Part shown: positions 37,608-47,045 of the stretch, one piece after another | Position numbering within the stretch: position 1 is the stretch's first letter | Layout: the number at the start of each line of letters is the position of its first letter | IMG/VR virus record: IMGVR_UViG_3300011409_000288 | Location: 1-59,585 of that record | Source of the DNA: a virus | Taxonomy: Duplodnaviria; Caudoviricetes | Direction: 5' to 3' (one strand) | DNA length: 59,585 nucleotides | Notes under the pieces: model-generated | The model's input: only the letters and a program-made list of their open reading frames with translations | Told to the model about the DNA's origin: nothing | Databases searched by the model: none | Translations under genes and position numbers: made by a program

Positions 37608-39347
37608 CTAGATCATGTTGCCAAGATCGGCATACGTCGCAGTTGCCTTCTCATACCGCAGATAGGCGACCCCTGGCGAACATCCATTGCCACGAAACCG
37701 AATCTTCTGCGAATGAAACTCCACAGGCAGCGTTTCATCATCCTGGTCGCGCCAGACGCACAGTATGTTATCTGGTTTGTTATTCCACATAGATCCACCG
37801 AAAATATCGTAGGCCGTGGGAGGCCCAACCTTGCCCACGTAAGAACCGCCCTTTTCCTTCAAGAGTTTCGTGGGATGGGCCACAATCATGGTGTGCACCT
37901 TGTTCTTCCTGGAGAACCGTCGCACTTTCGAGAGACTCTCCGAGATGTACTGCTGTTCGGTCATCCGATCAGGATAATTATGGTCAAGTTCGTTCCAGGG
38001 GTCAATCAGAAATCCCTGAATCCCCAAGCGCTCCACCTGGATCTGCGCCAGCTCCAGCAGGGCAGAGAGGGATGGGCTGTCTTCGTCGTCATCCGGAAAG
38101 AGAAACGTGAAATGATCGTGGAGCCACGCCTCGGCTTCGCACAGTTCGGGAAAACTCAGGCGGGACCCACCCACGAAAGGTTTGTACATGTATTGCGACA
38201 CGAGGAACGAGAGATAACGGTCGAGGGGATAGTTCTCGGGCGAAAAGACCGCCCACCTCCAGCCGTAGAGTTGGGCAGTACGAATCATCATATGGTTCGC
38301 CCAATTCGACTTGCCATGGGCAGGAATCCCTGTAATCACCGTAAATTCCCCGGGCTTAATGCGAAAGCGCTGGTCCAGCGCCGTCCATCCCAGGGACAGC
38401 CCAGGCTGTTCCCCTTCCAGATAGAGGCGCTCTAACGCAGGGCTCAAATCCTCCACCGTGATAATCCCCTTCACAGGCCAGGCCGTGCGGTCAGCAAGGC
38501 AATCGCGTAATCCTTCGACACCCTTTTCCTTAAACACGTCCGTTGCGGTCGTCATGCCATCCTGCCAGGCCACGCGCCAGCAACGTTTTGGCCCAAGCCG
38601 TCGTGCCAGCTCCTCACTCAGCGCCTGGCCAAGCGGGTCGGTATCCATGGCAAAGAGAATGGTGGTATAGGGGACCAGGCGGTCGTGTAAGCCGTCTAGG
38701 AAGCTAAAGGCACTCGCCAGGTTGCGCCGGCGGAGATCCTCAGAGACGGGAGGCACCGCAACGACAGACCGGAAACCCGCAACTTCCAGGGCCATCACAT
38801 CGACCTCCCGATTCGCAATAATCAGGGTCGTCCCTTCCATGGCATCGAGATTATAGAGGATGCGCTCACAGCCCGTCTCGAACCGACTGACCTGTGTGCC
38901 ATCATGGCTTGTGGTGACATAGCGACGATTGACCAGCAGGCCGTCACGGTAATAGGGAAATGTCACCGCTGTGCTCGTCTCGTCGAGTTCAGGGAAAAAG
39001 GTCCGAGTCAGCGTAATCTTGTGGGCCGTGACGACCTCAGAAGGAATGCCATGCTTCGCGTATTTCTCTAGCAGCGCGGCCTGGGGAGGAGAATGTGATC
39101 CATTCGTAGGAAGCGCCCAGATGCGTCTCGCCTGGGCCGTGCGACGCCCCTGATACAGATCCCCGCGCCAGTCACACCCAAGGTCGGTACATTGCCAGGA
39201 CTCTTTCCGCAGGTTGACAGCAAGGTACCGCAAGTGCTGCTGCTCGGTCTCCCGTGCCGTAACGCACCGGGGGCAAATGGTATAACAGACCTCTGCGGAG
39301 GGCGCGTCTGTAGGAAGCGTAATATCAAAATCGGTATAGGTATACAT
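37608..39347 (-). CDS. Twinkle/T7 gp4-like primase-helicase
   Basis: Zn finger CPRC...C-x4-C, TOPRIM DTD, ITGIPAHGKS, FSPEN, IDPWNEL, VAHPTK. Confidence 0.9.
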   Translation of the reverse strand: MYTYTDFDITLPTDAPSAEVCYTICPRCVTARETEQQHLRYLAVNLRKESWQCTDLGCDWRGDLYQGRRTAQARRIWALPTNGSHSPPQAALLEKYAKHGIPSEVVTAHKITLTRTFFPELDETSTAVTFPYYRDGLLVNRRYVTTSHDGTQVSRFETGCERILYNLDAMEGTTLIIANREVDVMALEVAGFRSVVAVPPVSEDLRRRNLASAFSFLDGLHDRLVPYTTILFAMDTDPLGQALSEELARRLGPKRCWRVAWQDGMTTATDVFKEKGVEGLRDCLADRTAWPVKGIITVEDLSPALERLYLEGEQPGLSLGWTALDQRFRIKPGEFTVITGIPAHGKSNWANHMMIRTAQLYGWRWAVFSPENYPLDRYLSFLVSQYMYKPFVGGSRLSFPELCEAEAWLHDHFTFLFPDDDEDSPSLSALLELAQIQVERLGIQGFLIDPWNELDHNYPDRMTEQQYISESLSKVRRFSRKNKVHTMIVAHPTKLLKEKGGSYVGKVGPPTAYDIFGGSMWNNKPDNILCVWRDQDDETLPVEFHSQKIRFRGNGCSPGVAYLRYEKATATYADLGNMI

Positions 39348-39407
39348 TGATGATTCTCCGCCAAGAATCAGTTGTAGACAAGACGCATCCGAAGATGCGC
39401 CAGGACA

Positions 39408-39797
39408 TCAGGCATCTCCCTTTTCTTCATCCTCTGGCAATAACAACAAGGCCAGTTTCACGCAGGCATCCAGTGCCTCCCGTGAGGTATCCCGTTTCCT
39501 GGTGGCCCTGGCAATCTTCAAGGCCGACCGGATCGTTTTCTCCGGCAAGCCCTTGTCACGCATTGCGCCATAGATCTCTGTGCGCTGCTGGCTCACATGC
39601 GTCAAGAGTTCTTCGATGGCATTGAGTTTGAGCAGGTAGTCACGGACCTGTGCCATGTCGATGCCCTCAACCACCTGGACCAGATCAAGCTGCTCACCGA
39701 ACTTTGCCGCATGGTCAGCCTTGAGCCGCTGATACTCGGCTTCTTTCCAGGCCTCGATTTGCTGAATCATCGTGTCAATACTCTCAGGATCGGACAT
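39408..39797 (-). CDS. GapR/DUF2312-like DNA-binding protein
   Basis: QRTEIYGAMRDKGLPEKTIRSALKIAR. Confidence 0.55.
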   Translation of the reverse strand: MSDPESIDTMIQQIEAWKEAEYQRLKADHAAKFGEQLDLVQVVEGIDMAQVRDYLLKLNAIEELLTHVSQQRTEIYGAMRDKGLPEKTIRSALKIARATRKRDTSREALDACVKLALLLLPEDEEKGDA

Positions 39798-39799
39798 AA

Positions 39800-42115
39800 T
39801 TAAACCCCACAGTTATCTTTGACCATAATCAGAACGACCTCGTAGTCTATTGATGGAGACCCTTTCTTTTCTGCCAACCTCCTAAAGAAACTAGCCTTCT
39901 TGGTAAAAACCCTCTCACTACTTCCAAATAACCCCTCTTGTACGCCGTGTTCTTCTACCAGGCTAGCGTGGATTTCTTCAACAAGCCTGAGTCCATGCAT
40001 CTCACATAGTTGTCTCCATTGGTCACAGAATCTTACACGTTTTTTCTTCGACACATAGTCTTTTAAGACCCATGCGGTTACTCCTCCAGGCTTCAGGACC
40101 GACACGCATGCACTTACGATGGTACTACTCGCCTTCCAAAATGTATCCTGCTCTTGGTATCCGACGTTTGAGGTTTCTTGCCCTGCTAAGGCAGGACGAT
40201 GAGCAATACTTAAATCTGCCCCCTGCAAGAGCAAACTGCTTTCCACATTGGAGGCAGGTGTATTGCTTTGCGTGTTTTTCCCTAAATTTTTTATAGGCAC
40301 GTCTGTGGACTTCTGCTCTACAGGCATCAGAGCAACACTTTCTTCTATTTCTTCCTGTTGTTTGTTTTCCACAGATGGGGCATATAGCAACGACTGGCTT
40401 TGCTCTATGATGGGAGAGATGGCATCCTGCACAGAGGGTTTCGAGATTGTCGATGTCGTTATTCCATTCGCCACCCGTTTCGTCTTTGTTTTTTTTGTGG
40501 TGGACCTGGAGGAGGGTGGTCCCGCCACATTTGACGCAGGAGTGTCCGTCGCGCTGAATAGCAGCTCGTCGTTGGATTCTCCATGCATAGCCTCTCCAAC
40601 GGTCGGAACCTCCGCGCCAGTGGGGGTGAGACTCTCCCCAACATTTAGGAGTTGGCTTGTTAAATCTAGCAGCGGCAACGTTCCTTCCGTGGCCTGGAGG
40701 TTTTGGTCTTCCTTTAAGGGAAGCACTGACATGCTTTCTACTACATGGCTTACACCATCTACTCTGCTTTGTAATTGGCGCTCCACAATCTCCGCATTGT
40801 GCCATCCACTTTCTCCTAAACAATGATTTGTTTCGTACATTCTATCATCATTTATTGTGGATGCAAGGTCTAAATTAGCTCCAGGCAGGTTTCCCAACTG
40901 GCCTTCGGAGGTGCCGTACCAATCCTGCCCTTTGCAATTATCCGCATGCTCTTTCAGCCCACTGCCTCCATGGACCACACCTGCGCCATATGGTGGGCTA
41001 GTCAGGACACAGGAGACCTCTTCCGCCATCCCACTGAGAGTGCCCTCTGGAAGTGCCGCCAGTTGCCCCTCAGATGCCACGTAGCCCTGGTTTCCACTGC
41101 CGGATGGTATATGTGATCGGCCTGTGGCCCCGCCCGTCTGTGGCGTGCCCTTGCGCTCCATTCGGGCAATATCGGCTTCCCTCGATTCGTTCGTATGCAA
41201 ACTGGCAGCATAGGGTGGCGAGGAAATAATGGCCGAGGCATCCCCTGCAGGCATGGCTCCAAGCTGGCCAGGGGAAGTGCCGTAATCGGTGTAGTCAGTT
41301 TTGACACGGTTGAGACTTATTGACAGATCAGTACCTGCGTAGGTCCCTTTGCCCTGAGAGCCTCCTGTTTGCTGGAGTGATGAAGCAAAGGGAGGGCTCC
41401 CAAGCACAGCATGTGCTTGGTCCTGGCCTAAGATCACACGGAGGTTCCTACTATCCCCCTGGAGCAACACAGGAAGCAGTACCTTTATTTTGCCGCAGAT
41501 CGTGCAGAGCGACGAGCCAGAAAGGGTTTGTTCACTTCGCGCTGTCTGGCGTGCCTGCAAGTTATCGAGGAGCAAACGATTGATGAGCGATGGGCTATCC
41601 TCCTGGGGTGCGCTCTCATCTGGAGTAATTGGCTCCGGCGTGGGCTCTGGTGGTGTATCATCTTCTTTGCTAAACATCGATGGCAGAGTGCTTGCAGGGG
41701 CCTGATCAGGCTTCGTATCCTGCGTGGCGCTCTGGGAAACAGAGGCACGGGTGGCTGCAAGAAAAGCCGCGCCGTGCTCGCCACAAATACACCATCCTTC
41801 CTGTATCCAAAAGAGGATGTTTTTGTGCCCCAGGATACGAAAAAATCCCTCCAATTCAATCCCTACCCACTGCAACCCATAATTCGCCGCATCCAAGGAC
41901 CCAAGCGACACCCCACCAAATGGATCAAGAATTGTATCACCCTTTTTGATATATCCCTTTTCAAACAAGTATAAATAGATTTGGTTTATTAAAGATCGGG
42001 AGAACTTGGCTGGATGCCGAAATGCCTCCTCACATATGACTCCTTGCCAGTTCTTTTTGTACATGCCGTTCCAGATGGTTAGCTCAGCATCGTTCCTGTC
42101 TTTGGTCATCTCCAT
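39800..42115 (-). CDS. DNA methyltransferase (SPPY type, probably N4-C/N6-A) with repeats and two insertions
   Basis: HPAKF, ILDPFGG, GIELE, QGDSRNL, SPP(F/Y) x3, VLKPGG...VLKD. Confidence 0.85.
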   Translation of the reverse strand: MEMTKDRNDAELTIWNGMYKKNWQGVICEEAFRHPAKFSRSLINQIYLYLFEKGYIKKGDTILDPFGGVSLGSLDAANYGLQWVGIELEGFFRILGHKNILFWIQEGWCICGEHGAAFLAATRASVSQSATQDTKPDQAPASTLPSMFSKEDDTPPEPTPEPITPDESAPQEDSPSLINRLLLDNLQARQTARSEQTLSGSSLCTICGKIKVLLPVLLQGDSRNLRVILGQDQAHAVLGSPPFASSLQQTGGSQGKGTYAGTDLSISLNRVKTDYTDYGTSPGQLGAMPAGDASAIISSPPYAASLHTNESREADIARMERKGTPQTGGATGRSHIPSGSGNQGYVASEGQLAALPEGTLSGMAEEVSCVLTSPPYGAGVVHGGSGLKEHADNCKGQDWYGTSEGQLGNLPGANLDLASTINDDRMYETNHCLGESGWHNAEIVERQLQSRVDGVSHVVESMSVLPLKEDQNLQATEGTLPLLDLTSQLLNVGESLTPTGAEVPTVGEAMHGESNDELLFSATDTPASNVAGPPSSRSTTKKTKTKRVANGITTSTISKPSVQDAISPIIEQSQSLLYAPSVENKQQEEIEESVALMPVEQKSTDVPIKNLGKNTQSNTPASNVESSLLLQGADLSIAHRPALAGQETSNVGYQEQDTFWKASSTIVSACVSVLKPGGVTAWVLKDYVSKKKRVRFCDQWRQLCEMHGLRLVEEIHASLVEEHGVQEGLFGSSERVFTKKASFFRRLAEKKGSPSIDYEVVLIMVKDNCGV
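40125..40805 (-). CDS. HNH endonuclease nested out of frame in the methyltransferase gene
   Basis: HPHWRGG, QRDGHSCVKCG..LQVHH...NDIDNLETLCAGCHLSHH, plus CxxC fingers; AGGAG 7 nt before ATG. Confidence 0.88.
   Translation of the reverse strand: MAQCGDCGAPITKQSRWCKPCSRKHVSASLKGRPKPPGHGRNVAAARFNKPTPKCWGESHPHWRGGSDRWRGYAWRIQRRAAIQRDGHSCVKCGGTTLLQVHHKKNKDETGGEWNNDIDNLETLCAGCHLSHHRAKPVVAICPICGKQTTGRNRRKCCSDACRAEVHRRAYKKFREKHAKQYTCLQCGKQFALAGGRFKYCSSSCLSRARNLKRRIPRAGYILEGE
40839..40866 (-). promoter_or_regulatory. Internal promoter for the nested HNH
   Basis: TTGCAT-16 nt-TAGAAT at the 5' edge of the insertion. Confidence 0.55.
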
Positions 42116-42564
42116 CTTCCCTCCAGGAAGGACATGGGGAGTCAGGTGGTTGGTTCCCATACCCGGTGGTTGTGCTGATGCAACAGGAGAATCTTTGCCA
42201 GGCCTGTCTCCCATTCCTCCGCTGGGGCTGACCAAGGCACATGACAGAACTGCAACGCACGGTGCCAGTATGCCGCATCCGTATGGTGCGACTCCAGGAT
42301 CAGGATTTCCAGGCAGGTCCGCGCATGGGGCGTGCCGTTCTGGGCAGAAGGCGTCATGGGCTCATCTCCTTCAGCATTTCATCGGTAATCTCGTAGGGAA
42401 TAGGCGTCTCGTCGATCATGCCCACCTGTTGAATCAACGAGCGGATTTTCTCGGCAATGGTATTCCTATCCGATTCCCCAAGACGATCAATCTCTTTCAG
42501 CAGATAGGCTGCGTCTGCCAGGGTCTGAATCGCTGCCTGAATGGGCGGCGTCTGAAATCCACCA

Positions 42565-42771
42565 TCACTCATATACCACCTCCTGTTGTTCAGGAATCAG
42601 GTCCATTGGGTTGCAGCCCAGGGCGGCGGCAAATGCAGGCACTTCCTGAGCGAGCAACCGTTGCTTCCCGGTCTCGATCTTACAGAGACGCGGCAGACGC
42701 ATCTCCAAGCGTCTGGCGAGTTCAGTCATAGTCATGTGGGCTTCTTTGCGTTTGGCACGGAGCGGTGACAT
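42565..42771 (-). CDS. XRE/Cro-family HTH regulator
   Basis: LRAKRKEAHMTMTELARRL...LCKIETGK...FAAALGC. Confidence 0.88.
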   Translation of the reverse strand: MSPLRAKRKEAHMTMTELARRLEMRLPRLCKIETGKQRLLAQEVPAFAAALGCNPMDLIPEQQEVVYE

Positions 42772-42772
42772 C

Positions 42773-43006
42773 CTAGGCCTCCCTATAGCGTGCCAGGTGA
42801 GAACAACGGGCCGTAGCACAATCCATTCCCGCGTGACATTCCATCATGTGTCCCTCCATACAGAACATTGCTGCCATTGGGTGTGGGCAGTGGCAGTCAG
42901 GATTCCCTGGGACCTGCATCTTCTCGGCCATCCATGGAGGAGGGGGATAGGTCTTCAGTAGTTCATCCATGAGCGGTCTCCTGTCAATGTTTATCTTGTT
43001 TGCCAT
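42773..43006 (-). CDS. Small Cys/His-rich protein
   Basis: CHCPHP...FCMEGH..ECH..MDC..ARCSH. Confidence 0.6.
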   Translation of the reverse strand: MANKINIDRRPLMDELLKTYPPPPWMAEKMQVPGNPDCHCPHPMAAMFCMEGHMMECHAGMDCATARCSHLARYREA

Positions 43007-43094
43007 GTCATGCGCTCCCTCAAGGATAGTCTGTGGTGTGTGTTCGTACACCAGAGAGTGTAGCACGATCTTTCTAAAAAAGAAAGAATTATTT

Positions 43095-43343
43095 TTATGG
43101 TCGATTCGAGACCATGCCAAGGATATAGCCAGGGAGCGGCATCCGGTGGTCTTCGTAGGTCCTCAGTGCCAGGTCGAGCGCACGCAGAAGCCGTGATGGG
43201 ACCAGGTCTTTGTGTTGCTCAAAGACCCGCAGGTAGGCTGACTTACGCTCATCAGAAAGGGTTTTCCCTTCAGAGATCAGGCTCAGGTCGTCAAGCTTGA
43301 AGTAGATGCCCATGTAATCTTGTTCCGTCCATGTGCTATCCAT
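43095..43343 (-). CDS. Helicase-loader-like small protein, paralog 2
   Basis: LDDL..EG...RKSAY...MPLPGYIL. Confidence 0.55.
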   Translation of the reverse strand: MDSTWTEQDYMGIYFKLDDLSLISEGKTLSDERKSAYLRVFEQHKDLVPSRLLRALDLALRTYEDHRMPLPGYILGMVSNRP

Positions 43344-43366
43344 CGTTGGAATCTCCTTGTGTATTA

Positions 43367-43624
43367 TTATGACTTTGTTGGAACGAGCGAGAGAATGCGC
43401 GCAGGAGACGGCATGTGATACTGCCCATCCCATGTATCAATAACCTTATGAAGCGCAGCACACATCTCTTGCGCAGTGATCGCCGCAGAATGCCGCATAA
43501 AGAATCGCATGTACGCACTTTTGCGATTATCAGGCAAGAGGCGTCCTTCCGTGAGTAAACACAAATCATCAAGGATCATCAGGACATCAAGAGCCCCTGC
43601 ATCGGTCCAATGTAACGTACTCAT
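43367..43624 (-). CDS. Helicase-loader-like small protein, paralog 1
   Basis: LDDL..EG...RKSAY...MPSPARIL; follows Rep. Confidence 0.55.
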   Translation of the reverse strand: MSTLHWTDAGALDVLMILDDLCLLTEGRLLPDNRKSAYMRFFMRHSAAITAQEMCAALHKVIDTWDGQYHMPSPARILSLVPTKS

Positions 43625-44643
43625 TGTTGGGCACCTCGTAAGTTACTCATGTGTTGTTTGATAAAAGTTATGGCATGGCCTTGGTCGTTAGAAGAAGGTT
43701 GCCTATCCTGCGTAAGTATCGAGGAATCACGTCTTGCATTTTTTGCACGCCAGGCAACAGCATTTGCACGATTCTTGTCAAAGTTTTCAGGACGAAACGG
43801 GCTATCATAGTTGAGGTATTTCTCCCGAAACTCCCCACTATACGTCGCGTTCACGTAGTCAATCACCAACAGGCACTCCTCAACGGTTGCACCATCGTTC
43901 AAACGTGCTTGAATCTTTCCAGGGATTCTATAATCGCGTTCAGCCACTCTATTGAGGTGTGCCAACACGGTCGCAGCTTCAGATGTCATGGGTTTTTTCT
44001 CGGCAGGCTTCCGTCTGGCTTTCGGATGGGAATTGTTAGTAGGGGTGGGAAGGCTGGTTTCGCCTCCGGGCGCGGTAGCGCGATAACTTCCCCCACCCTT
44101 AGCGACCTCTTCTCCGAAAGGTGGGTCTGCGGCTAGGCTGAGTTGGGCGTTTTCCGGTAAGGGGGTAGGGGGATGATCTTCTATCTTTATCTTTTGGTTT
44201 AGTTCTTCTTTCTTAGAGTTAGTTCTTACTTCTTCGGATCTAGTAATTAGACAGGTTTCCCGAGGGTCGTGTTTCCCGAGGGTCGTGTTTCCCGACGAAC
44301 AGGAAACCTGCTTCTCGGTGAGGATGTCTTTTGGGACGTTGGGATGTTTGAGGATAACATAGCGCTTACCTGCCAAGGTGCCATCGCTTTTGTAGACGGG
44401 AGATAGTGCAACATAGCCATATTCAACAAGTTCGGCCATACCTGCCTGGATAGCAACGCGGCCATCGTGATCGGAGTGGTTGAGGATGTCTTTGAAGCGG
44501 ACTTCCCATTTGCCAGCGCGACTGAGGAGGTACGCGAGGATGCCGCGAGCTTTGTAGGAAAGACGAGCGTCGGCAAGGACATCATCATGGATCTGGGTAT
44601 AGGGAATGTCTTGTGGCTGATATTCAAAGGGGAAATCAGTCAT
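43621..44643 (-). CDS. Phage replication initiator (wHTH plus conserved phage C-terminal domain)
   Basis: DARLSYKARGILAYLLS, ELVEYGY; HLNRVA...ARLNDGATVEECLLVID...FRPENFDK. Confidence 0.82.
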   Translation of the reverse strand: MTDFPFEYQPQDIPYTQIHDDVLADARLSYKARGILAYLLSRAGKWEVRFKDILNHSDHDGRVAIQAGMAELVEYGYVALSPVYKSDGTLAGKRYVILKHPNVPKDILTEKQVSCSSGNTTLGKHDPRETCLITRSEEVRTNSKKEELNQKIKIEDHPPTPLPENAQLSLAADPPFGEEVAKGGGSYRATAPGGETSLPTPTNNSHPKARRKPAEKKPMTSEAATVLAHLNRVAERDYRIPGKIQARLNDGATVEECLLVIDYVNATYSGEFREKYLNYDSPFRPENFDKNRANAVAWRAKNARRDSSILTQDRQPSSNDQGHAITFIKQHMSNLRGAQQ

Positions 44644-44645
44644 TC

Positions 44646-45053
44646 TTATTCTCCTTGTTTTTCTGTATGATTTGTCTCGAACCAGAATGAATATGAAGGA
44701 GTGTTACTTAACGGGGAAAGATCAATGCCTGCTTGTTCTAATTGGAGAATTTGTGTCTTGGTGAATCCTTTAAGTACGCGGCTTTTTGTCATGGACAATC
44801 TAAATTCTTCTATTGTTTTGTCTCTTTTTTTCAGATTGCATGTGCGGCAGGACGGGACGAGGTTTTCAAGATCGTTTGAGCCGTTGTTGTCATAGTGGTC
44901 TGCGCAAAAATCAATCCATGGATTTGTTTGGGTGCCACAGTACCAACAAGCACCACCAGTTTTTGCCCAGATTTTTGCGCGAAATTTAGTTCCGAGTGCC
45001 CAGAGTTTTTTGGTGTGATGTGCAGCCATGGTGGTAGTGCCTCCCGCAGGCAT
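44646..45053 (-). CDS. HNH endonuclease
   Basis: WAKTGGACWYCG...DH...NDLENLVPSCRTCNLKK. Confidence 0.85.
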   Translation of the reverse strand: MPAGGTTTMAAHHTKKLWALGTKFRAKIWAKTGGACWYCGTQTNPWIDFCADHYDNNGSNDLENLVPSCRTCNLKKRDKTIEEFRLSMTKSRVLKGFTKTQILQLEQAGIDLSPLSNTPSYSFWFETNHTEKQGE

Positions 45054-45267
45054 AATCCCGATTTATCCTTTGCGGTGCGGCTCCTGGAATCGGGATTACC
45101 AGTTTACACAGGAAGGATGGCCTGCGTTGCCGCACCGTAGAGCATTCTTCAACCGCGAGGATTGCGCTCTCAGGAGCACCCCGCCAAGGGCTTGCCTGAG
45201 AACTGGTCGTTGGCGGACGACGTATCCAGAGTATACCATGGCTTGTGCTTAAAGGCAAGCAAAACAG

Positions 45268-46311
45268 CTATGGTAAGACGGTCAGTGTGGAGACAAATAC
45301 CTGGGCACCAGGAAGCGGGTATCCATAGGGAGCTGGGGTGGTGTGCTGGCTGTAGAAGGAACAGAGAAAGGTGTCAGGGGTGTCGCCAGCGCAGAGCCCT
45401 GCATAGCCGGTGTCATAGGCACTTGGGAAGGTGAGGAGCTTCGTGACGGTCAGCCCGTCGAGTGCCCACAGGGCTGTATGCGCTTTCCAGGTTGTTTCTT
45501 TTACGAGGGCGCGGCCTGCCATGAGGAGGCCATGGGGGGTCTGGATCACCGCGCTGGGGTGAATCGTCTCGTAGGTCCGATGCCAGCGCCAGTCCTGGTA
45601 GGGGTGCATCGCGGAGCCGATTTCCATATCCGCCATGGAGGCTCCTGCTTCCGTGCGGAGGAGACATCCGAGCGTGTCGGGGGTGGGCTGGTACAGGACA
45701 GGCTCAGCGACAATGGTATGGGTGTAGCGATAGTCGTCTCCATCCATGGCCAGGCTGGCACCATCGTAGATGACCCCGCTGGGGGCGAGATGAAGTAGGG
45801 AGGTGCCGCTGAGGAGATGGATGCTGCTGGTTTCTCCGGGAGCGCCGACATGATAGGCCGCAGCGACAAAGAACCGTTGGAGCGGGAGGAGACTCCAGAT
45901 CCAGTAGCCTGGGCGTCCAATCGGTTCTAGGGGTGCCCAATGGCTTCCATCGGTGGTGTAGGTGAGAAACGATTGAATGAGATTCTCTGAGGACGTGCTG
46001 CCAATGCTTTCTCTGGGATAGCGCGGCAGATAGCCGGCACAGATGCAATAGAGTGTATCGTCATGAACCAGCAATCTGGGATCGCGGAGGTCAGCCTTGC
46101 CGTGGAGGAGAAAGAGGCTGGTCGGATGCCAGGTCTGGGCGTTCATTTGTGAGGCGCGGGCGATGATCAAATGGCCTGGCGGGGCAGGATGATGCGTTTC
46201 GGCGGTGCGGTAGGAGACATACCAGATGCCTTGAAAATAGGCACAGGAGGTAAAACCGTGATGGGAGGGACCGCTGGTGATTTGCTTGGGTTCTGTGTGG
46301 GCAATGTGCAT
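45268..46311 (-). CDS. BNR/Asp-box beta-propeller (sialidase-like fold)
   Basis: HHGFTS, DLRDPRL, TTDGSHW, PSAYDTGYAG, SFYSQH. Confidence 0.72.
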   Translation of the reverse strand: MHIAHTEPKQITSGPSHHGFTSCAYFQGIWYVSYRTAETHHPAPPGHLIIARASQMNAQTWHPTSLFLLHGKADLRDPRLLVHDDTLYCICAGYLPRYPRESIGSTSSENLIQSFLTYTTDGSHWAPLEPIGRPGYWIWSLLPLQRFFVAAAYHVGAPGETSSIHLLSGTSLLHLAPSGVIYDGASLAMDGDDYRYTHTIVAEPVLYQPTPDTLGCLLRTEAGASMADMEIGSAMHPYQDWRWHRTYETIHPSAVIQTPHGLLMAGRALVKETTWKAHTALWALDGLTVTKLLTFPSAYDTGYAGLCAGDTPDTFLCSFYSQHTTPAPYGYPLPGAQVFVSTLTVLP

Positions 46312-46322
46312 GGCAACTCCTC

Positions 46323-47045
46323 TCAGGGGATGGTAGCGAAGGCGCGACGGTTCACAATTTCGCTCACTTCCCCAAGACTCCGTAAGTGATATTTCTCTGC
46401 CAGCGCCTTGAGGGTGTAGGTATGAGTGGCGTGGTCCTGGCGCATGGCAATGACCTGCTCGCGGGTGAGCTTCGTATGGGAGGCGTTGACCCGGAGGTGG
46501 GTGGATTTTTTGGTACTGAGAATCGTGTGGCGCACACAGAAGTGGTTGAGGCAGGCAGGGTCGTGAATAACGTGGATGCCTGGGGGGATAGGTCCATGAG
46601 TCAATACGTGGAGGAGGCGTGCTGGTGTCCACTTGGTGCGTTGAGCCTGAAAGATGGGATAGCGGCCTTTCTCGGTGGGTCCGTGCCAGATCCAGCAGGT
46701 GGTTGGACCATCAGGTTGCTCGATGTAGCCCCAAAAGCGTGCAAGATCTTTGGGGGAGAAGTGTCGCATAGGCAAGAGAACTGTGGCGGGATCAGGGCGG
46801 GTGAGATGCGCGAGACAGCGTTTCATAAAGCAAGGAGGAAAGGTACTGAGCGCCTTGCCAGGGTGGGGCTCGCCATACCGGAGAAAATAAGCAATGCGAC
46901 GGGCAGAGTAGAAATGGTGGTCAAGATAGAACACAGGTTCTCCCGAGGACCAGGTGCCTGCTGTCCAGAGCCAGCATCCGTCACTCCCAGGGAGCTTTCG
47001 GACTTTTGCCCAAAAGCGGGCGGTGTCCTGTGGTGATAACTCCAT
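46323..47045 (-). CDS. Tandem degenerate HNH_3-type protein with C-terminal HTH
   Basis: RFWAKV..GCWLWT and RFWGYI..TCWIWH; KLTREQVIAMR...LAEKY. Confidence 0.75.
   Translation of the reverse strand: MELSPQDTARFWAKVRKLPGSDGCWLWTAGTWSSGEPVFYLDHHFYSARRIAYFLRYGEPHPGKALSTFPPCFMKRCLAHLTRPDPATVLLPMRHFSPKDLARFWGYIEQPDGPTTCWIWHGPTEKGRYPIFQAQRTKWTPARLLHVLTHGPIPPGIHVIHDPACLNHFCVRHTILSTKKSTHLRVNASHTKLTREQVIAMRQDHATHTYTLKALAEKYHLRSLGEVSEIVNRRAFATIP

Noticed and set aside
37317-38435. 372-aa ORF antisense to the primase-helicase
   Set aside because: No recognisable domain; shadow frame
40125-40870. Intein or group I/II intron explanation for the MTase insertion
   Set aside because: No C/S...HN termini in the MTase frame and no P/Q/R/S or domain V motifs seen by eye; not excluded without a covariance search
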